Virus record (IMG/VR): IMGVR_UViG_2885686650_000001
Coordinates: 730-64,729 of that record
DNA length: 64,000 nucleotides
From: a virus
Direction: 5' to 3' (one strand)
Shown piece after piece: positions 7,747 through 16,909 of the stretch (positions are counted from its first letter, which is position 1; every line of letters begins with the position of its first letter). The notes beneath the pieces are model-generated. The model had not been told where the DNA came from and ran no database searches. It worked only from the letters and a program-made list of their open reading frames with translations. A program made the translations under genes and the position numbers.

Positions 7747-7857
7747 ATGTTAGTTCTTGATACAGTATCCGTATTATTTACAGCAATAATTGCAATCCCA
7801 GTCGGTTACATAATTGCAAAGATTGATTGGCACCATTTAAAAAAATATTTTGGTTAG
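7747..7857 (+). CDS. Small membrane peptide
   Basis: MLVLDTVSVLFTAIIAIPVGYIIAKIDWHHLKKYFG; RBS GAGGA. Confidence 0.55.
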   Translation: MLVLDTVSVLFTAIIAIPVGYIIAKIDWHHLKKYFG

Positions 7858-7864
7858 GTGAATT

Positions 7865-8044
7865 ATGAAGCACTTGGATTTAGCAACATTAGAAACAGTC
7901 ATGGCATCAATTGATAACTTAGCAAAAACTCAGCGAATTAAAACGGACAGTGGTGCCTTAAAAGGCGTCTTAGCTGCTTGGGATGAAGTTGAAGGATTAG
8001 CTAATGAAGAAAAAGAATTGAGACGTCAAGAATACGCTAGATAA
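7865..8044 (+). CDS. Hypothetical 59-aa protein
   Basis: Open frame with RBS AGGTG, fills the gap between neighbours. Confidence 0.55.
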   Translation: MKHLDLATLETVMASIDNLAKTQRIKTDSGALKGVLAAWDEVEGLANEEKELRRQEYAR

Positions 8045-8061
8045 GTAAGGAGGAACTATTT

Positions 8062-8310
8062 ATGAAGGCACAACAAAAATTATCATTATCAATTAATGGC
8101 GAGTATGTCAGTTTGATCTTGCCCGAATTACAAATGGCACTTTGGAATAAATTTCAATTACGAGTCAAGTTTGAAAATGGCAATTTTCCTAGTGATCCAG
8201 TTCAAAAGATTCAGCTCTTATTTATGGGCACAAGCGATCTTGCTAAAAAGGTCAAAGAATTCATTGAAACTGATTACGAATTGTATCACGAAGAAACTAA
8301 TGAAAAGTAA
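8062..8310 (+). CDS. Hypothetical protein
   Basis: RBS AAGGAGG. Confidence 0.7.
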   Translation: MKAQQKLSLSINGEYVSLILPELQMALWNKFQLRVKFENGNFPSDPVQKIQLLFMGTSDLAKKVKEFIETDYELYHEETNEK

Positions 8311-8504
8311 AAAAATGACAAAAAAATAGCCGTTGCCAAGGCAACGACCATCCATAACTCTTCCAAGATTCAGTATACACCTGTTGTGGATTTGGTCAAT
8401 AGAAAGCTTGTTCTGCAAGCTTTTTCTTTCGCCCCGGTAACGACTGATGCGAGCTTGTATTGGGTATTAACGTTAGCACGAAACTAAGGCAAGGAATTGA
8501 AATC

Positions 8505-9302
8505 ATGTTATTTTACAGGGAAAAGAAGATTGATACTGGATCGTATAGAGAAGTGGATATCATACCGAGGACTTCAGCAGCAGAAGAAGTAGCCAAGCGT
8601 GGAACTCGTTCGAAGAAGAAAAAGGTTAGTCGTCCACAACAGCAATCTTTGAATGAGAAGAACTCTAAAAGATATTTGCTTGAGTTAGCTAATGGCAATT
8701 TTGGTGAAGGTGATTTGCATGTGACTTGCACTTATTCAGATGAATTTTTACCGAAGACTGTCAAAGATGCTGAACGTGAGATAAACAACTATTTACGTAG
8801 AATTTCCTACCGAAGAAAAAAGCTTGGTTTAGATCCATTGAAATATATTTTAGTAACTGAGTATAAGTTAAGCGATGAAGGTTTCACCAAACGAATTCAT
8901 CATCACATCATTATGTCTGCTGGATTGAATCGGGATGAGGTTGAGTCGATTTGGTCAAAGCGTGGCCAAATGCTTGGTTTTGTAAATGCTGATCGAATTC
9001 AAACTGGTAAGGATGGTTTGGAAGCATTAACACGTTATCTAACAAAAGACCCACAAGGTAGAAAACGTTGGACTTCATCCAGAAATCTTGTTCGACCTGT
9101 TGAGCGAACAAATGATTACAAGTACCGAATTTCCAAAATTGAGAGTTTGGCCAAACAGGTAGATAAATCATGGCAGTATTTTGACGAAAAATATCCTAAG
9201 TATGAAATTACCAAGATTGAGTCAGTCTTTTACGAGGACACTGGCTGGCACATTTATTTGCGCATGTGGAAAAAAGAAAAACCGCGAGGAGATATTAATT
9301 AA
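8505..9302 (+). CDS. HUH-endonuclease (rolling-circle type) replication initiator
   Basis: Motif 1 HVTCTY, motif 2 RIHHHIIM, motif 3 YLTKD; followed by ssb. Confidence 0.75.
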   Translation: MLFYREKKIDTGSYREVDIIPRTSAAEEVAKRGTRSKKKKVSRPQQQSLNEKNSKRYLLELANGNFGEGDLHVTCTYSDEFLPKTVKDAEREINNYLRRISYRRKKLGLDPLKYILVTEYKLSDEGFTKRIHHHIIMSAGLNRDEVESIWSKRGQMLGFVNADRIQTGKDGLEALTRYLTKDPQGRKRWTSSRNLVRPVERTNDYKYRISKIESLAKQVDKSWQYFDEKYPKYEITKIESVFYEDTGWHIYLRMWKKEKPRGDIN

Positions 9303-9529
9303 TGAAAATGGAAGATAAAGATAAGTTGGCTTATTTGAATGAAGACCAAAAAGTCTATTTGCGGCTAGTTAGAAAGTCATTACCAATGCATGATTTTGAT
9401 ATGCAGCGGACTTTGGTTTATTTGGCCAAACATGGGGATGTTATCAAACCGTTTGAGCGTGAGGCAACTAATAATTTATCAGGGTTTCAAAAGAATCAAG
9501 TTTTATGTGAGTTACTTTTGCCATATTAG
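9302..9529 (+). CDS. Hypothetical protein
   Basis: Translationally coupled ORF. Confidence 0.65.
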   Translation: MKMEDKDKLAYLNEDQKVYLRLVRKSLPMHDFDMQRTLVYLAKHGDVIKPFEREATNNLSGFQKNQVLCELLLPY

Positions 9530-9540
9530 GGGATGAGGAA

Positions 9541-10080
9541 TTGATCAACAGTGTTGTTTTAATTGGACGACTGACTAAAGATATTGAACTGAAATATACG
9601 GTCAGTGGCATTGCAGTGGCGACTTTTATACTGGCCGTCAATCGTCAATTTACGAATGCCCAAGGTGAGCGTGAAGCTGACTTTATTCAGTGTGTTCTTT
9701 GGCGTAAGGCGGCGGAGAACTTTGCCAAATTTACACACAAGGGATCATTAGTAGGCATTAATGGCCGGTTTCAGACTAGAAATTATGAGAATAATCAGGG
9801 CAATCGTATTTATGTATCTGAAGTGATGGTTGAAAACTTCAGTTTATTAGAACCCAAAAATAGTAGTGCTAATAATCAACTAGCAAATCAGCAAAATAAT
9901 GTGGCCAATTCGACCGATTCTACAAGTAATCAATTCAGAAATCCTTATCGGGATGAATCTGAGCAGGCCAATAAATCAGCCTCAAAAAGTGATACTGGAA
10001 ATCTTTTTGAAAAGCAAGACGATCCATGGGCCGCTGGTTCTGAACCGATTGATATTTCTGATGATGATTTACCATTTTAG
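9541..10080 (+). CDS. ssb: Single-stranded DNA-binding protein
   Basis: MINSVVLIGRLTKD OB fold; acidic tail DDDLPF. Confidence 0.97.
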   Translation: MINSVVLIGRLTKDIELKYTVSGIAVATFILAVNRQFTNAQGEREADFIQCVLWRKAAENFAKFTHKGSLVGINGRFQTRNYENNQGNRIYVSEVMVENFSLLEPKNSSANNQLANQQNNVANSTDSTSNQFRNPYRDESEQANKSASKSDTGNLFEKQDDPWAAGSEPIDISDDDLPF

Positions 10081-10095
10081 GGAGGTAGTAGACAA

Positions 10096-10386
10096 ATGAC
10101 ATTACATGATAGTTGGAAAGGTGGTTTCACCTTAAATTTTAGTGGCGATTCAATGTTTGATGAGGAGTGGCTACTAGATGAGCGCAATAAAGAACCAGAT
10201 GAATTACATTTTATGGGCTATGATGCCAATTTATATCCGTTACCGAATCTTTCTAAAATTCCATCACAGCATCGGCAAGAAGTAATTAATCAAGCATTAT
10301 CTCGATTTAGAAAAGTGAATGCAGATGTTTGGTTAGACGATTGTCAAATCAAGAATAGGGTCAAGGAAAGTGCGATTGATGATTAA
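10096..10386 (+). CDS. Hypothetical protein
   Basis: RBS GGAGGT. Confidence 0.7.
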   Translation: MTLHDSWKGGFTLNFSGDSMFDEEWLLDERNKEPDELHFMGYDANLYPLPNLSKIPSQHRQEVINQALSRFRKVNADVWLDDCQIKNRVKESAIDD

Positions 10387-10762
10387 GACGGATAGAGTAC
10401 CAGATATTACAGCCTCGCCCTATGAAGATGAAAATCTCTTTACCTATCAGGAAAAGCAATGTGATCGTTTTTGGTGGCAGATTTTAAGTAAAGAAATTCA
10501 TTTTGCTGTTTATTATAAAATTAAAAATAAAGGGTCAATGATTCTGAAATATCGCTATACAAAGAGTCCGAGATATCATATGCTATTTCAGCTAACAAGC
10601 TATGACACCAATGAACTACCAATCAGTCATTTTGACATTACCAGAAGTATTCTTGATGGCAATCTTTTACACGAGTCTGAAGAGATTATGATGAGAATGC
10701 CTTATAGCGATAATTTCTTAACTTATTATGTAAAACTCTATTTACCGGAGGAAAATAAATGA
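10370..10762 (+). CDS. Hypothetical protein
   Basis: Coupled ORF in the early operon. Confidence 0.65.
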   Translation: MRLMIKTDRVPDITASPYEDENLFTYQEKQCDRFWWQILSKEIHFAVYYKIKNKGSMILKYRYTKSPRYHMLFQLTSYDTNELPISHFDITRSILDGNLLHESEEIMMRMPYSDNFLTYYVKLYLPEENK

Positions 10763-11070
10763 CAAAAATTGCTTGGCATTGTGCGACACAGAAAGACTTG
10801 ACCGATTTGACAAAAAAATTAACTCAAAGGGACTTCATTATGTTTGGTGGTGTTCTACCTACTACATTAGTGATGGATAGAGAGTTCAAACTAGGAAAAC
10901 GGACAATGAAGCTTCATACCGATATGGTAATCAATAATACTATGGGACTTGAGAATATTCTTTCCACAAGTCGCATGGATGAATGGGTGAAACATAAAGG
11001 TGATCCAGATTACGATTGCTATACAGTTGTCGAATTTGTGGCTGGAGATAATCCGGAAACATCACATTAA
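10759..11070 (+). CDS. Hypothetical protein
   Basis: RBS GGAGG, ATGA overlap. Confidence 0.7.
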   Translation: MTKIAWHCATQKDLTDLTKKLTQRDFIMFGGVLPTTLVMDREFKLGKRTMKLHTDMVINNTMGLENILSTSRMDEWVKHKGDPDYDCYTVVEFVAGDNPETSH

Positions 11071-11170
11071 GGTCATATAGTTATTGTTTAAGTAAATAAC
11101 ATAAAAAAGCCCGCACTAGGCGGACTACTCAACAACTTATCAAAACTTATTATATCATGGGAGTGGTCTC

Positions 11171-11578
11171 TTGGAGCGAGTAATATTTAATCATATCGTA
11201 AGTATTTTACGTGACTATCCTTATATTGATAGTTATGTGAAAGACCGCGAGGATGAACTAATGCATCCTTGGAAGGAATCAGATAGGAATGTTGGCGGCG
11301 GGCGTTCTAATATTCCTGGTAAGCCAGTTGAAGCAATGGCAATTACGATTGCAGATGATCGCCGCTTATCGAACTTAGAAAGAAATAAAAAGATTGTAAC
11401 AAGATGTTTGGAAAGTTCCGATAGTTCGACCCAAACAATCATTCATGAGTTGTATATTAAGCAGCACCCAACACTAACAATTCAAGGTGTGGCCAACAAA
11501 GTGAGCCTCTCATTATCGGCAGTAAAAAAACGGCGTGAGCATTTCTTTGAAGATGTTAGGCAACAATTAGGCTGGTAA
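11171..11578 (+). CDS. ArpU/RinA-family late transcription activator
   Basis: LRDYP...NVGGGRSN...DDRRLSNLERNK and C-terminal HTH; position at end of early region. Confidence 0.88.
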   Translation: MERVIFNHIVSILRDYPYIDSYVKDREDELMHPWKESDRNVGGGRSNIPGKPVEAMAITIADDRRLSNLERNKKIVTRCLESSDSSTQTIIHELYIKQHPTLTIQGVANKVSLSLSAVKKRREHFFEDVRQQLGW

Positions 11579-11644
11579 GTAGAAGTGTCCAAATTGTATC
11601 CTAATTGGCTATAGTAAGGGACTATTATTGTATTGTTGATAGTT

Positions 11645-11698
11645 GAGACGTGAGTTGGTGTTTACAAACATCTTGGTTCGATTCCAAGACGCGTTTTA
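11645..11698 (+). ncRNA. tRNA-like mini-element (acceptor-like stem plus T-arm, no full cloverleaf)
   Basis: CTTGG-TTCGATT-CCAAG T-arm at 11672-11688; flanks GAGACGTG/CGCGTTTT can pair. Confidence 0.4.
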
Positions 11699-11771
11699 GC
11701 CATGCGATGACCTCCTTTAAAAAATAAATCTAATTGCCTTAGTTTTAACAGCGAGCGTGGCAAGTGACGGT

Positions 11772-11805
11772 AAAACTTCATCTCATTATTGGGATGAAGT
11801 TTTTT
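11772..11805. terminator. Bidirectional terminator downstream of hicB
   Basis: AAAACTTCATCTC-attatt-GGGATGAAGTTTTT. Confidence 0.75.
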
Positions 11806-11824
11806 ATACATAAAAAAGCTAGGC

Positions 11825-12217
11825 TTAAACACCTAGCTTTTCCTTTAATGCTTCAGTTAAAGTTGCACTGAAATTAATACCTTGCTTATTTCCTAGTTCA
11901 TTTAAGTAATTCGGAATGGTCAAGGTTTTCTTTATCACACTGTTATCGTGGCGCCGTTGATAGTCTGATACGTTGACTCTAACAAAGCTGGCTGATTGAT
12001 TAGTGTTAACAGCCGGAAGTGAGTCATCATCAGCTGGTAAATCGCTTTCTAGACTAAAAGTGCCGATATAATCTTCTGCCATTTCTAAAGCGTCAGCAAC
12101 AGATTTACCCTCAGTCAAACCATCAAGAGCGGGAATGCTAACAGTATAGGGATAATTTTCATCATTATCTTTGGTTAATATTACGGCGTAAACAACGATC
12201 TTATCTTTGGTTTTCAT
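11825..12217 (-). CDS. hicB: HicB antitoxin
   Basis: YTVSIPALDGLTEGKS...AEDYIG N-terminus; KKTLTIP...NFSATLTEAL RHH C-terminus. Confidence 0.93.
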   Translation of the reverse strand: MKTKDKIVVYAVILTKDNDENYPYTVSIPALDGLTEGKSVADALEMAEDYIGTFSLESDLPADDDSLPAVNTNQSASFVRVNVSDYQRRHDNSVIKKTLTIPNYLNELGNKQGINFSATLTEALKEKLGV

Positions 12218-12273
12218 AATAAAACTCCTTTTCAAAATAAGTTAGTGCAAAGATTGGATAACAAAGCAAGGGC

Positions 12274-12447
12274 TCATTTGAGCCCGTGCTTTTTGATTAG
12301 TGCTTTGGCAAGTGATTCTTTGATTTCAGGATGTCGGGGAATTTGTTCTTTAAGTTTTCCGTTTGTCCAAATATCATGATTACCACCGTGGTTTAACAAG
12401 TACCAACCAGCTTTTTTAAACTTCTTTTCCAACTTGAACCTTTGCAT
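12274..12447 (-). CDS. hicA: HicA mRNA interferase toxin
   Basis: GWYLLNHGGNHDIW...IPRHPEI motif. Confidence 0.93.
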   Translation of the reverse strand: MQRFKLEKKFKKAGWYLLNHGGNHDIWTNGKLKEQIPRHPEIKESLAKALIKKHGLK

Positions 12448-12477
12448 TTCTAACTCCTTTCCCTTACCACACTTATT

Positions 12478-12520
12478 ATAATACACGTATTTAATACATA
12501 TGTCAACGTATTTAATACGT
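12478..12520 (-). promoter_or_regulatory. hicAB promoter with two palindromic operators
   Basis: TTGACA-17-TATTAT on the minus strand; ACGTATTTAATACAT(12486) and ACGTATTTAATACGT(12506). Confidence 0.75.
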
Positions 12521-12553
12521 ATGATTAAACTTTTTTAGTTAGGAAGTGCTGCC

Positions 12554-13072
12554 TTGCCAAGGGTTCACAGATGTCGGGCAATGGGTTGCCATGTGATGGT
12601 TCAGTGGCCAGCTCATTATTGTCAGCAACATAAATCATTAGAAGTTAAGTTAGAACAACGTGACCGCAGTTTTTATAATCATGTCACGAGAAATAGAACT
12701 GTTAGTAAGCGTGAGCAGTATCAGTTTTATAAAACAAGACTGTGGCGCTCGTTGCGTCTGTCAATTCTTGCTAGGGACTTACACTTATGTCAGTACTGCA
12801 AAGCCATGGGAGTTATCACAGTGGGCAATACTGTGGACCATGTAGTGCCGTTTGAAGTTAAGACTGAATGGAAAGACAAAGAGGACAATTTGCTAACGTG
12901 TTGCCCTGATTGTCATAAATTTAAGACACGTTGGGAACAAAGTTACTATGGCACAGGCCAAGGCAATGCTATCAGGGATGTTGAGCCAGTGACCGACGTA
13001 AAACGGGTAGCAAGTATTATTTTTGGAATGAAATCAGCTAAAAATGATTTTGATACCCCCCCTCAAAGCTAA
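12554..13072 (+). CDS. Packaging-associated HNH endonuclease
   Basis: CQYC...TVDHVVP...NLLTCCPDCHKFK; directly before terS. Confidence 0.92.
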   Translation: MPRVHRCRAMGCHVMVQWPAHYCQQHKSLEVKLEQRDRSFYNHVTRNRTVSKREQYQFYKTRLWRSLRLSILARDLHLCQYCKAMGVITVGNTVDHVVPFEVKTEWKDKEDNLLTCCPDCHKFKTRWEQSYYGTGQGNAIRDVEPVTDVKRVASIIFGMKSAKNDFDTPPQS

Positions 13073-13144
13073 TCTAAGGGGAGCCACACCGAGCTGTAGT
13101 CTCGTAAGTTTTGCCAATTTTGAATTTTTTTACCCCGGGGGGTG
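13056..13144. other. Probable cos region
   Basis: C7 run...GGGGAGCCACACCGAGC...CCCCGGGGGG between HNH and terS, the usual cos position. Confidence 0.55.
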
Positions 13145-13161
13145 TTAGAAAATGAAGGGAG

Positions 13162-13641
13162 GTGGGTGCAATTGTAAAAAAGTCATTCAAAGACCAAGAC
13201 AATGGGATGTTACCAAAACGCCCACCGTCTTATTTAGGAAAAATCGCGGCGGCAATGTGGCGGAAAGTTGTTCCCGTTTTAGAGAGTCAATCAGCAGTTC
13301 AGCGAATTGATGCCAACTTAGTGGAAACTTACTGCAGTGCGTATGAAATTTATCGTGAGTCTTATCAGTCTATCAAAGAAGATGGCATTCAAACTGAAAT
13401 TTATGTCAGCCTGCAAAATAATAAAGGCGAAATTGTTGGTAGTGAATTTAGAGGTTACAAAAAGAATCCAGCTACTGGAATTTTTAACGATGCTAGCAAG
13501 CAATTGACTCTGATTGGGACTCAATTAGGATTGTCACCTAAGAGCCGCGCCGAATTAACTAATCTTAGAGGCGTAAAGACTAAGAATAGTTCGGGTAACG
13601 TTAAGCAAATGAATGCTGAAAAGGCTAAGTTCTTTGGTTAG
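13162..13641 (+). CDS. terS: Terminase small subunit (P27 family)
   Basis: PPSYLGKIAAAMWRKVVP...KKNPA...LGLSPKSR. Confidence 0.92.
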   Translation: MGAIVKKSFKDQDNGMLPKRPPSYLGKIAAAMWRKVVPVLESQSAVQRIDANLVETYCSAYEIYRESYQSIKEDGIQTEIYVSLQNNKGEIVGSEFRGYKKNPATGIFNDASKQLTLIGTQLGLSPKSRAELTNLRGVKTKNSSGNVKQMNAEKAKFFG

Positions 13642-13654
13642 GTGGTGAGATACG

Positions 13655-15532
13655 ATAGATAAAATAGATTTAACTCAGTCAAAAGATGTTATTGGCGCTT
13701 TTAAGTCACAGGATTACAGTCAAATTTTAAAGAAATATGATGATCCAGGTACTCAATATGCTTTAAGCGTACTAATGGGCAAGCAAATTGCTGGTTATAA
13801 AATGCAACTGGCCTGTTTTCGTCACTTGCAAGACTTGCGCCGAGTTGAAAATAAACTTGATAATTTTAAATATGAGTATGACTTGAAAAAGGTCGATTCT
13901 ATTTTAAACTTTGCTGCTGTTTGTCCTGATGTTGATGCTGGTGAGCCGTTACCTTTAATGCCATGGCAAAAGTTTATGCTGCTTCAAGTCATTGCTTGGC
14001 GGGATCAATACAACAATAAGCGATTTACCGAAGGCTATATTAGTGTTGGCCGTAAGCAAGGTAAAACATATTTGATGGCGATTATTAGTTCATACTCCTT
14101 TTTTGTTGAAGGATATGGGCTGTTTAATCAAGATTATTTATTGGCGTCTAATACCGCCGACCAAAGCACTAAATTATTTAGTTATGTTTCGTTTATGATG
14201 CAATATTTGATTGACACAAATGATTTCTTTGGCCAAATTGCACTTGATGAAAATATTGAGGTTCAAGCCAATCGTGTTATTGCTAAGAATCAAGTTAATA
14301 GGCTAGTAAAAATCTCCAATGAGTCTGGTAAGTATGATAGTTATCACTTTACGAATGCTATTTATGACGAATCTGGGGATGAAAAAGCTGGTAAATATAC
14401 TTCAAGAATTATTACTGGTCAAGCTGATGTTAAAAATCATCAATTTTTAAAGATTTCAACTGCTTATGAGTTTCTAAATACAGAATTTTATAATGATATT
14501 AAGCGCAGCGTTGAGAATATGGAACGCGATTATGACCGTACTTCGGAAAATGAACTTTGTTTGGTTTGGAGTCAGGATAATGAAAATGAGGTTTATCAAC
14601 CTGAAACTTGGGTTAAATCTAATCCATTAATGGATTTGCCGGGTAAAAAAGCAAAAAAGACGAGTGATCTGATCACACTTCGCGACACAATGATTAACAA
14701 GGGCAAGCTTAATGAGTTTCAAAATAAGAATATGAATATCTATTTGCAGGTAAATACGGATAGCTATTTGAAGTTGAATGATGTTGAGAAAGCAATAATC
14801 CCAAAATTTACGTTAGCAGCGCGTCCGGTTTATATCGGGTTTGACTATTCTTTATTTAGCGACAATACGGCCTTGGCCTTTTTATTCCCGTATCTTGACG
14901 GTGATAAAAGAAGATGGTTCATTTATCAACATTCCTTTATTCCATGGCAAAAGGCCGGTTCAATTGACGCTAAAGAGAAACAGGATGGTATTAATTATCG
15001 TGAATTGGAGAAGCAAGGCTATTGTTCGATTACACGGCACCCACAAGGAATTATTAATGGTGATCAGGTCTATAGCTGGTTAACTAATTTTGTTGAGGAT
15101 AATCAACTGGACGTTTTGTGCTTCGGCTATGATGCCATGGGAGCAACCACATTTACAAAGCGCCTCGAGCAAAACACAGAATGGAATATTTTACCGGTTA
15201 AACAGCGGACTGGTGAGCTTAAAGATCCAACTAAGTTTCTACAAACCGGATTTATTGAGGGCTCGATAAAAAGATTTGACGATAAGATTATGGAAAAGGC
15301 CTTATTAAACGCCCAAATTTATGAAGATAAAGTTGGTATTCAAGTTGATAAGGCCAAGGCCACTCTAAAGATTGATGTTGTTGATGCCTTAATTGATGCA
15401 TTATATCAGGGGATGTACCATTTTGAAGATTTTGCTGAAGTAAACGATCCGTCCAAACAGGTTGAGCGAATGTCAGCTGAGCAAGTAGCTGAATATATTA
15501 AGTCAGGAAAATTTGGGTTTGGAGGTGATTAA
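13655..15532 (+). CDS. terL: Terminase large subunit (probable ATA start at 13655; first ATG at 13775)
   Basis: Walker A GRKQGKT, Walker B IYDES, nuclease KIDVVDA; frame open from 13649 after an in-frame TGA. Confidence 0.95.
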   Translation: MDKIDLTQSKDVIGAFKSQDYSQILKKYDDPGTQYALSVLMGKQIAGYKMQLACFRHLQDLRRVENKLDNFKYEYDLKKVDSILNFAAVCPDVDAGEPLPLMPWQKFMLLQVIAWRDQYNNKRFTEGYISVGRKQGKTYLMAIISSYSFFVEGYGLFNQDYLLASNTADQSTKLFSYVSFMMQYLIDTNDFFGQIALDENIEVQANRVIAKNQVNRLVKISNESGKYDSYHFTNAIYDESGDEKAGKYTSRIITGQADVKNHQFLKISTAYEFLNTEFYNDIKRSVENMERDYDRTSENELCLVWSQDNENEVYQPETWVKSNPLMDLPGKKAKKTSDLITLRDTMINKGKLNEFQNKNMNIYLQVNTDSYLKLNDVEKAIIPKFTLAARPVYIGFDYSLFSDNTALAFLFPYLDGDKRRWFIYQHSFIPWQKAGSIDAKEKQDGINYRELEKQGYCSITRHPQGIINGDQVYSWLTNFVEDNQLDVLCFGYDAMGATTFTKRLEQNTEWNILPVKQRTGELKDPTKFLQTGFIEGSIKRFDDKIMEKALLNAQIYEDKVGIQVDKAKATLKIDVVDALIDALYQGMYHFEDFAEVNDPSKQVERMSAEQVAEYIKSGKFGFGGD

Positions 15533-15737
15533 ACTGGTGAAACAAGTAAATAAAGCAATAAAAGTGTTGGTGAGTTATCTGCCAACACTTTTATTTTTGG
15601 CCGGAATTTTGGCACTAGTCATTAGTGTATGGTTATGGAAACCGATTGTTGGTGGCCTTGCCTTGGGCGTTGCCTTAATTGTTTTAGGGTTAATGTGGGA
15701 TCGTGCTGCTGACTTGAAGCAGAAAGGGGGTGATTAA
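15513..15737 (+). CDS. Small membrane protein between terL and portal
   Basis: Two hydrophobic segments; typical position in cos-type LAB phages. Confidence 0.75.
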   Translation: MGLEVIKLVKQVNKAIKVLVSYLPTLLFLAGILALVISVWLWKPIVGGLALGVALIVLGLMWDRAADLKQKGGD

Positions 15738-16909
15738 TGATGTTATTTCGCCCTGCTACGCGCCTTAATAGTTTGTCACTTGATAGTGGTGATGAAATTG
15801 ACTTTACTGATCCACGAATTGTTGATTTTTTACATGCCAATGATTATACAAGTGCTGATGAAGCATTGAAGAATAGTGATTTGTATGCATTGGTGGCCAG
15901 AGTGTCAGCGGATGTGGCGACGTCACAATTTATGGCTAATATGCCACGTGCTCAGACACTTTTAGATAATCCGACACCAACGGCTAACAAACATGCTTTC
16001 TGGCAGTCAGTAGCTGCCCAATTGTTATTAGATGGCAATGCTTACGCTTATATGTGGCGGAATGTGAATGGTATTGTGGCGAGATTGGAATATTTAAGAC
16101 CTTCTCAGGTATCAGCGTTTTTATTGGATGACGGTTCTGGACTAACCTACAACATTACATTTGATGAGCCCTCAATTGGTATTCTTAATAATGTGCCGCA
16201 AGGAGATGTCCTGCACTTTCGACTATTATCGACTAATGGTGGCAAAACTGGTCGAAGTCCACTACTTTCGTTACAAAATGAATTAAATATTAAGCACAAT
16301 AGCAATAAATTGACGTTAGAAGCACTTGGTAAAGCAATCATGCCTAATGGTATTTTGCATATTAAGGGTATGGGTTTACTTGATAATAAACGAAAAATCG
16401 CTTTGTCCAAGGGATTTGAGAAACAAGCAAATGGTTCTAGTGGCCCAGTAGTCCTAGATGACCTTTCAACTTATGATCCACTAGAAATTAAATCTGATGT
16501 TTCCAGTCTATTGTCATCAACCGATTGGACTTCACGACAAATTGCTAAAGTTTATGGCATTCCTGACAGTTATTTAAATGGGCAAGGTGATCAGCAGTCA
16601 AGTATTGTCATGATTGGCGAATATTATGCCAACGCACTGCATCAATACACAGCTGCAGTTGAATCTGAATTAACTCAGAAATTGAATGTGACGGTTTCAA
16701 TCGACTTGATGCCTGCAATTGACCAAGACTTAAGTTCATATGCAGCTACCGTCGGTGATGCGGCCTCTAAGAAAGTTATCACTACAGAGCAAGCCAATTT
16801 CATGCTACGAAAGAAAGGCTTCATTCCATCGGATGCGCCTGATTATGATCAAGGGCAACTTGCTAGTACAACTTTGAAAGGTGGTGATAATAAAGATGAC
16901 AGTAATTAA
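15737..16909 (+). CDS. Portal protein (HK97 family)
   Basis: LLLDGNAY, VLHFR...GRSPL, IAKVYGIP. Confidence 0.95.
   Translation: MMLFRPATRLNSLSLDSGDEIDFTDPRIVDFLHANDYTSADEALKNSDLYALVARVSADVATSQFMANMPRAQTLLDNPTPTANKHAFWQSVAAQLLLDGNAYAYMWRNVNGIVARLEYLRPSQVSAFLLDDGSGLTYNITFDEPSIGILNNVPQGDVLHFRLLSTNGGKTGRSPLLSLQNELNIKHNSNKLTLEALGKAIMPNGILHIKGMGLLDNKRKIALSKGFEKQANGSSGPVVLDDLSTYDPLEIKSDVSSLLSSTDWTSRQIAKVYGIPDSYLNGQGDQQSSIVMIGEYYANALHQYTAAVESELTQKLNVTVSIDLMPAIDQDLSSYAATVGDAASKKVITTEQANFMLRKKGFIPSDAPDYDQGQLASTTLKGGDNKDDSN

Noticed and set aside
8218-8418. Antisense 66-aa ORF upstream of Rep
   Set aside because: No RBS; hydrophobicity comes from the A-run and hairpin on the other strand
5633-11070. 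Anti-CRISPR calls for small early ORFs
   Set aside because: No recognisable Acr family or aca-linked operon; cannot be supported without profile searches
11645-11776. A complete tRNA gene
   Set aside because: No D-arm/anticodon arm can be folded; kept only as a tRNA-like fragment
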